From positions 1 to 22,071 of the forward strand of contig JAYUJV010000394.1 in NCBI GenBank assembly GCA_043764975.1: 22,071 nucleotides of DNA. The letters are read 5' to 3'. A program made the position numbers and the translations under genes. Under the pieces are notes generated by a model, which saw only the letters and a program-made list of their open reading frames with translations, did not search any database and was not told where the DNA came from. Positions within the stretch are counted from its first letter, which is position 1, and each line of letters begins with the position of its first letter. Below, piece by piece: positions 17,229-22,071 of this stretch. Origin of the DNA: Saprospirales bacterium (GTDB lineage: Bacteria > Bacteroidota > Bacteroidia > Chitinophagales > Saprospiraceae).

Positions 17229-17241
17229 AAATATTTTTATT

Positions 17242-19623
17242 ATGAAAGAAAATAACGCTTTTGGTAGTCCAGGCACTACGCCAAGATGGAATTCTAGCGC
17301 GAAAAGTGGCGTTGGAACAGCCCAAAATAAAGAGAGTGAAGTTTGGTTCACGCTTAGTCACGGCATTTTGAATGAAGTCTATTTTCCTCGCGTGGACATT
17401 GCTTGTATGCGCGATATGGGCTTTTTGGTTGCTGATGGAAAAGACTTTTTTTCAGAAGAAAAAAGAGATACAACAAGCGAATTGGCATATATGCAAGATG
17501 GTGTTCCTGCTTTTGAGTTAAAAAATACTTGTAATCAAGGACATTATACGACCCAAAAAGAAATTATTGCCGACCCAAAACGCAATTGTATTTTACAAAA
17601 AGTAACTTTTGAAGCGCAGAAAGGCAAGGCTTCGGACTATAAAATCTACGCACTCCTTGCACCGCACCTCAATAATGGTGGTTGGGGAAATACGGCTTGG
17701 GTAAAAGACGGTGTTTTGTATGCTCAAAAAGAAGGTACGACCTTAGCGATGTTGGCTTCTGTACCTTTTTCGGCTTGCTCGGTGGGCTACGTTGGCGCGT
17801 CCGATGCTTGGCAAGATGTGTCTAAAAACAAGCAAATGACTTGGCAATTCGACACCGCTACCGATGGAAATGTAGCAATGTGTGGCGAAATTGATTTGGC
17901 TCAAAACACTTCGTTTGAGTTGGTTATTGCATTTGCAGATAGTGCCGAAAACGCACTTTTTCTAGCAAAACAAAGCCTTTTAGATAGTTTTGATACTTTA
18001 AAAAAGCAATATATAGAAGAATGGGCAAATTGGCAAAATCAGCTTTTGCAACCCAAAATGCCTAAAAATACCGTAGCATCGCTTTGGAAAACAAGCCTTG
18101 CGACGATACTTTCGCATCAGTCCACACAATATGCGGGCGGCTTCATTGCGAGCCTTTCTATTCCTTGGGGCTTTTCAAAAAGCGACGATGATTTGGGCGG
18201 TTATCACTTGGTTTGGCCCCGTGATTTGGTCGAAACCGCAGGAAGCCTTTTGGCAGCAAATGCCACAAAAGAAGCCTTAGATGTCTTGTCTTTTTTGCAA
18301 AAAACACAATTGGCGGACGGGCATTGGTTACAAAATATGTGGCTCGATGGCACGCCTTATTGGGGCGGCGTTCAACTCGATGAAACGGCGTTTCCTATCC
18401 TTTTACTAGGAATGTTGTATGAAAATAAGGCAATTGCTAAAAAAGCATTGCCACAATATGAAAGCATGGTTACACGTGCGGTGGCTTATTTAATCCAAAA
18501 TGGACCTTGTTCGCAGCAAGATCGTTGGGAAGAAAATCCAGGGTATTCGCCTTTTACTTTGGCGGCTGAAATTTCTTCTTTGTTGGTGGCTGCCGATTTG
18601 TTGGATTTGATGGGCAAAAGCAAGGAAAACTCCTTGTATTTGCGCCAAACCGCAGACAGTTGGAACGATAGTCTTGAACGTTGGTGCTATGTTTCAGACA
18701 CCGAATTGTCTAACGAAATTGGTGTAGATGGTTATTATGTCCGCATCGCGCCAAGCAATGTAGGCGAAACTGACACACTAAACGATGATATTATTTTAGT
18801 AAAAAACTTAGCAAGCAATGGAAATACGGCTGCTAAAAATATCATTAGCCCTGATGCTTTGGCGTTGGTACGTTTTGGATTACGTGCTGCAAATGATGTC
18901 AGAATACTCAATACCGTAAAAGCGATTGATGCAAAATTGAAGCACACAACGCCTTCGGGCGACAGTTGGTATCGCTACAACAACGACGGCTATGGCGAAC
19001 ACGAAGACGGACAACCTTTTAATGGCACAGGCATAGGTCGCCTTTGGCCTCTGATGACGGGCGAACGCGCGCACTACGAAATTGCCTTAGGCAACTCTGC
19101 CCGCGCTGCTGAATTGCAACAACACCTCACTAATTTTGCCAATGAAGGTGGCATGATTTCGGAACAAATTTGGGATATGCAAGACATTCCTGCCTTGGGA
19201 TTGTCGTTTGGTCGCCCTTCGGGTTCGGCGATGCCTTTGGTTTGGGCGCATGGCGAATACGTCAAATTGTGTCGTTCTTTGCAAGACAATGCGATTTTTG
19301 ATATGCCTACTGCTACAAGAAAGCGTTATTTAGAAGAAAAAACAAATGCCACACACGTACTTTGGCGTTTTAATGATGCTGTAAAAATGATGTCGGAAGG
19401 CAAAACTTTACGCATCGAAGCCAAACAACCTTTCTCTTTGCATTGGAGCAACGACGCTTGGAATAGTTCGCAAAATAGCGGAAATAGCACCTCCGATTTT
19501 GGAACGTATTATGTAGATATTCCTACGGCAACGTTAGGAAAAAATGCTAAGGTTTTGTTCACTTTCTTTTGGACAAATAGTAATAATTGGGAAGGAAAAG
19601 ATTTTGAGATTAAGGTGGTTTAG
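17242..19623 (+). CDS. Glycoside hydrolase family 15 glucoamylase (bacterial glucoamylase/glucodextranase type with N-terminal beta-sandwich domain).
   Basis: 793 aa. GH15 catalytic-domain motifs YHLVWPRD and DRWEEN (general acid/base Glu region) are present, on an (alpha/alpha)6-type helical region. Confidence 0.85.
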   Translation: MKENNAFGSPGTTPRWNSSAKSGVGTAQNKESEVWFTLSHGILNEVYFPRVDIACMRDMGFLVADGKDFFSEEKRDTTSELAYMQDGVPAFELKNTCNQGHYTTQKEIIADPKRNCILQKVTFEAQKGKASDYKIYALLAPHLNNGGWGNTAWVKDGVLYAQKEGTTLAMLASVPFSACSVGYVGASDAWQDVSKNKQMTWQFDTATDGNVAMCGEIDLAQNTSFELVIAFADSAENALFLAKQSLLDSFDTLKKQYIEEWANWQNQLLQPKMPKNTVASLWKTSLATILSHQSTQYAGGFIASLSIPWGFSKSDDDLGGYHLVWPRDLVETAGSLLAANATKEALDVLSFLQKTQLADGHWLQNMWLDGTPYWGGVQLDETAFPILLLGMLYENKAIAKKALPQYESMVTRAVAYLIQNGPCSQQDRWEENPGYSPFTLAAEISSLLVAADLLDLMGKSKENSLYLRQTADSWNDSLERWCYVSDTELSNEIGVDGYYVRIAPSNVGETDTLNDDIILVKNLASNGNTAAKNIISPDALALVRFGLRAANDVRILNTVKAIDAKLKHTTPSGDSWYRYNNDGYGEHEDGQPFNGTGIGRLWPLMTGERAHYEIALGNSARAAELQQHLTNFANEGGMISEQIWDMQDIPALGLSFGRPSGSAMPLVWAHGEYVKLCRSLQDNAIFDMPTATRKRYLEEKTNATHVLWRFNDAVKMMSEGKTLRIEAKQPFSLHWSNDAWNSSQNSGNSTSDFGTYYVDIPTATLGKNAKVLFTFFWTNSNNWEGKDFEIKVV

Positions 19624-19633
19624 TGTTTTAAGA

Positions 19634-19682
19634 ATAAAAAAAACGCTTGTTGTACGGTTGGGCAACAAGCGTTTTTTTTTGT
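19634..19682. terminator. Bidirectional rho-independent terminator, module copy 2.
   Basis: AAAAAAAACGCTTGTTG-tacggttggg-CAACAAGCGTTTTTTTTT. It sits between convergent GH15 (+) and TPR (-) genes. It shares stem and flanks (ATAAAAAAACGCTTG...CAACAAGCGTTTTTTTTTGTAAA) with 15188-15232. Confidence 0.7.
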
Positions 19683-19713
19683 AAAGTACTGAATGTTAGG
19701 TGTTTGTATGTTT

Positions 19714-20997
19714 TCAACTCTTACTTTGTTGTTTAACAAAACCTGAAATCGCTATTATTAAATTCTTTTTTGCTTCAATATGGTTAGGATCTATGCTCAG
19801 AGCTATTCTCAAATCAACAATTGCTTCTTGATAATTTTCCAAGATACCTTTAGAAATGCCACGATTATTGTAGGCATCAGCATAATCAGGATTTAACTCT
19901 ATGGCTTTGTCATAATTCAGAATTGCTTCTTGGAATTTATCTAAGTTTGTATAAGAAGTACCTCGATTATTGTGAGCCACTGAGAAATTGGAATCTAACT
20001 CAATGGCTTTGTCATAGTCCAGAATTGCCTCTTTGTATTTACTTAAATTGTGCTTGCAATTACCACGACTATTATAAGTATGGGTATCTCTAGGATTTAA
20101 CTCCACAGCTTTATCGTAATCCAAAATTGCTTCTTTGAAATTACCTAAATGATACTCGCAATCGCCGCGTTTATAGTAAGCATTTGATAAAGGCGCAAAA
20201 TCCAAATCAATAGCTTTTGTATAATACTCGATAGCAGATTCATATTGTTTATCGTCATGGGAATCTTCGCCTTTATCAAACCAATCGACCGAGGTTAGAG
20301 AAAAATGAGCATATTGTTTGTAGAGTTCCGACATCGCTTCTTTTACATTATTTTTTGCTGAAGTATAATTAGGATCAAGGCTTGATAATTCTTCTAAATC
20401 AGCAATGGCTTCTTTGTATTTCACCCATTTATCTTTGGAAAAACTTCGATTATAGTAAGGCTCTATAATATTTGGTGCTAACTCTATGGCTTTGTTAAAA
20501 TCTAAAATTGAATCCTTATATTTGCCTAACTTCTGTTTAGTAGTACCTCGATTATTGTAAGCAGAAGCGTCATTGGGGTCTAATTCTATGGCATTATCAA
20601 AATCCAATATCGCTTCCTTATATTCGCCTAATTCTACCTTGGAATTACCACGGTTATAGTAAGCTGTAGCGTACTTAGGATTTAACTCTATTGCTTTGTT
20701 GTAATCTAAAATGGCTTCATTATATTTGCCTAAATTCTCCTTAGAAATACCTCGATCAACATAGGCAGAATCAGAATTAGGATTTAATGCTATAACTTTG
20801 TCATAATCCAAAATTGCTTCTTCGTATTTCTTTAAGAAATATTTGGAATCACCGCGGTTATAATAAGCATTAGATAAAGGTAAATAATCTAATTCAATGG
20901 CTTTTGTACAATATTCAATAGCAAGTTCATATTGCTGATTGTTAATGGCGTCTTCGCCTTTGTCAAACCAATCTTCTGCTGTTTGTAAGTTGTTCAT
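19714..20997 (-). CDS. TPR-repeat protein with no signal peptide. It consists of two tandem homologous ~210-aa TPR modules fused in one ORF.
   Basis: About ten 34-aa TPR units (AYYNRGNSK..LG.YKEAILDYDKAIELNPN). Both halves start with DWFDKGED...QYE.AIEY.TKAI.LD and end with an AK(N/K)N...S motif. Confidence 0.85.
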   Translation of the reverse strand: MNNLQTAEDWFDKGEDAINNQQYELAIEYCTKAIELDYLPLSNAYYNRGDSKYFLKKYEEAILDYDKVIALNPNSDSAYVDRGISKENLGKYNEAILDYNKAIELNPKYATAYYNRGNSKVELGEYKEAILDFDNAIELDPNDASAYNNRGTTKQKLGKYKDSILDFNKAIELAPNIIEPYYNRSFSKDKWVKYKEAIADLEELSSLDPNYTSAKNNVKEAMSELYKQYAHFSLTSVDWFDKGEDSHDDKQYESAIEYYTKAIDLDFAPLSNAYYKRGDCEYHLGNFKEAILDYDKAVELNPRDTHTYNSRGNCKHNLSKYKEAILDYDKAIELDSNFSVAHNNRGTSYTNLDKFQEAILNYDKAIELNPDYADAYNNRGISKGILENYQEAIVDLRIALSIDPNHIEAKKNLIIAISGFVKQQSKS

Positions 20998-21020
20998 GAT
21001 GTATGTATTGTATATTTATA

Positions 21021-21875
21021 TTATTTATTTCCTCGTTTTTTATATTTAGCAAGTTCTGATAACGCTGTTTTTAAATTATTTTTTGCTTGTATATTATCTG
21101 GCTCTAAAGTCAATTCTTTTTTAAAATCATCAATAGCTTCTTGATAATTACCTAAGAATCCATTGGAAATAGCTCGAAAACTATAAGCCTTAACATAATT
21201 TGGATTTAATGCTATTGCTTTATCAAAATCCAGTCTTGCTGCTTGATATTGCCGTAAATTAATTTTGGAAATACCGCGATTATAGTAAGCAGGTGAGTCA
21301 GTAGGGTTTAGTTCAATGACTTTATCAAAATCCAAAATTGCTTCGTCATTTTTATCTATATTCTTTTCAGAAATACCGCGATTAAAATACGTATTTTTAT
21401 CATTAGGTTTCAATTTAAGGGCTTTGTCAAAATCTAAAATAGATTCTTCATATTTGTCTAATTTACCATTCGTAACACCTCGGTTATAATAGGCATCGGC
21501 ATCATTGGGGTCTAATTCTATTGCTTTGTCATAATCCAAAATTGCTGCTTTATATTGCCCTAAATTATTTTTGGCATTACCACGGTTATTATATGCAATA
21601 ACATAATTGGGGTCTAATTTTATTGCTTTGTCAAAATCTAGTATTGCTTCTTGATATGCTTCTAAAGCATCTTTGGAAGTACCACGATCAAAGTAAGCCA
21701 CGGCAAAACTAGAATCTAATTCGATAGCTTTTGTAAAATATTCAATAGCGGTATCATATTGCTCATTGGTAAGCGCTTTATTCCCTTTATGATACCACTC
21801 TTTTGCAGCTTGATTACAGGAAATCTGACTAAAAAATAAAAAGAGTAAAAAGAGTTTGTAGTGTAAGTTTTTCAT
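21021..21875 (-). CDS. TPR-repeat lipoprotein or secreted protein. It is a single-module paralog of the adjacent gene.
   Basis: Signal peptide MKNLHYKLFLLFLFFSQISC (possible lipobox). About seven TPR units. It has the same module architecture as each half of 19714-20997. Confidence 0.85.
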   Translation of the reverse strand: MKNLHYKLFLLFLFFSQISCNQAAKEWYHKGNKALTNEQYDTAIEYFTKAIELDSSFAVAYFDRGTSKDALEAYQEAILDFDKAIKLDPNYVIAYNNRGNAKNNLGQYKAAILDYDKAIELDPNDADAYYNRGVTNGKLDKYEESILDFDKALKLKPNDKNTYFNRGISEKNIDKNDEAILDFDKVIELNPTDSPAYYNRGISKINLRQYQAARLDFDKAIALNPNYVKAYSFRAISNGFLGNYQEAIDDFKKELTLEPDNIQAKNNLKTALSELAKYKKRGNK

Positions 21876-22071
21876 AATGAATGTTTTAAATATTGAAATG
21901 TTTTAATAATTTTATTTTTAAAATGTAGTATTTTTGAATCAAATCTGATGACCTACAAATTTACATACATTCAATTTTATCTTCAATTGTAAAATTTATC
22001 AGATATAATAGACTCTATATTTATATAATGCTGATAATCATTATTTTGTAACTCAAAAAACAACATATTAT

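Noticed and set aside
17221-17241. AGGAGG Shine-Dalgarno-like sequence 15 bp upstream of the glucoamylase ATG.
   Set aside because: It is part of the GGAGGAGA/AGGAGG arm of the inverted hairpin repeat (17208-17226), and Bacteroidetes generally do not rely on SD pairing. It most likely arrived with the repeat.
19714-21875. Highly regular ~102-bp nucleotide repeats that could superficially resemble a repeat array such as CRISPR.
   Set aside because: The period equals one 34-aa TPR unit and the repeats lie inside two long ORFs with clean TPR consensus. There are no short direct repeats with unique spacers, and no cas genes nearby.

Overview
The window is a 22 kb AT-rich chromosomal segment with Bacteroidetes-like features: TSP3-repeat OmpA, long NusB, BatD-like, BT_3928-like, TPR lipoproteins. 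I found no rRNA, tRNA or CRISPR. The coding content is mostly housekeeping or envelope genes. In order: DUF2807 tail (5' partial), flotillin/SPFH protein, YgiD-type DOPA extradiol dioxygenase, MarC, a disrupted Rpn-like PD-(D/E)XK nuclease/transposase remnant, a very low-GC YD/MORN-like repeat lipoprotein, OmpA with thrombospondin type-3 repeats (minus), nusB (minus), a DoxX/MauE-like plus thioredoxin-fold fusion of the BT_3928 type (minus), BatD-like protein, PF00756-type esterase, GNAT acetyltransferase, beta-barrel-like lipoprotein (minus), SDR glucose-1-dehydrogenase-like oxidoreductase, GH15 glucoamylase, and two paralogous TPR-repeat proteins (minus). I do not see a convincing multi-gene novel system such as a defence island. 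What stands out is the non-coding architecture. Several intergenic regions carry long nested inverted repeats: a MITE-like ~190 bp unit with GC-rich hairpin termini at 17038-17228 plus a solo copy at 3959-4001; ~260 bp and ~180 bp imperfect palindromes at 11259-11522 and 2836-3012; and mutually exclusive hairpins at 13503-13601. A CGAATAAATTCG-TGCTA motif recurs upstream of two start codons. A near-identical terminator module is duplicated at two convergent gene junctions. A small low-GC islet at about 4.7-6.7 kb, holding the nuclease remnant and the repeat lipoprotein, looks horizontally acquired.
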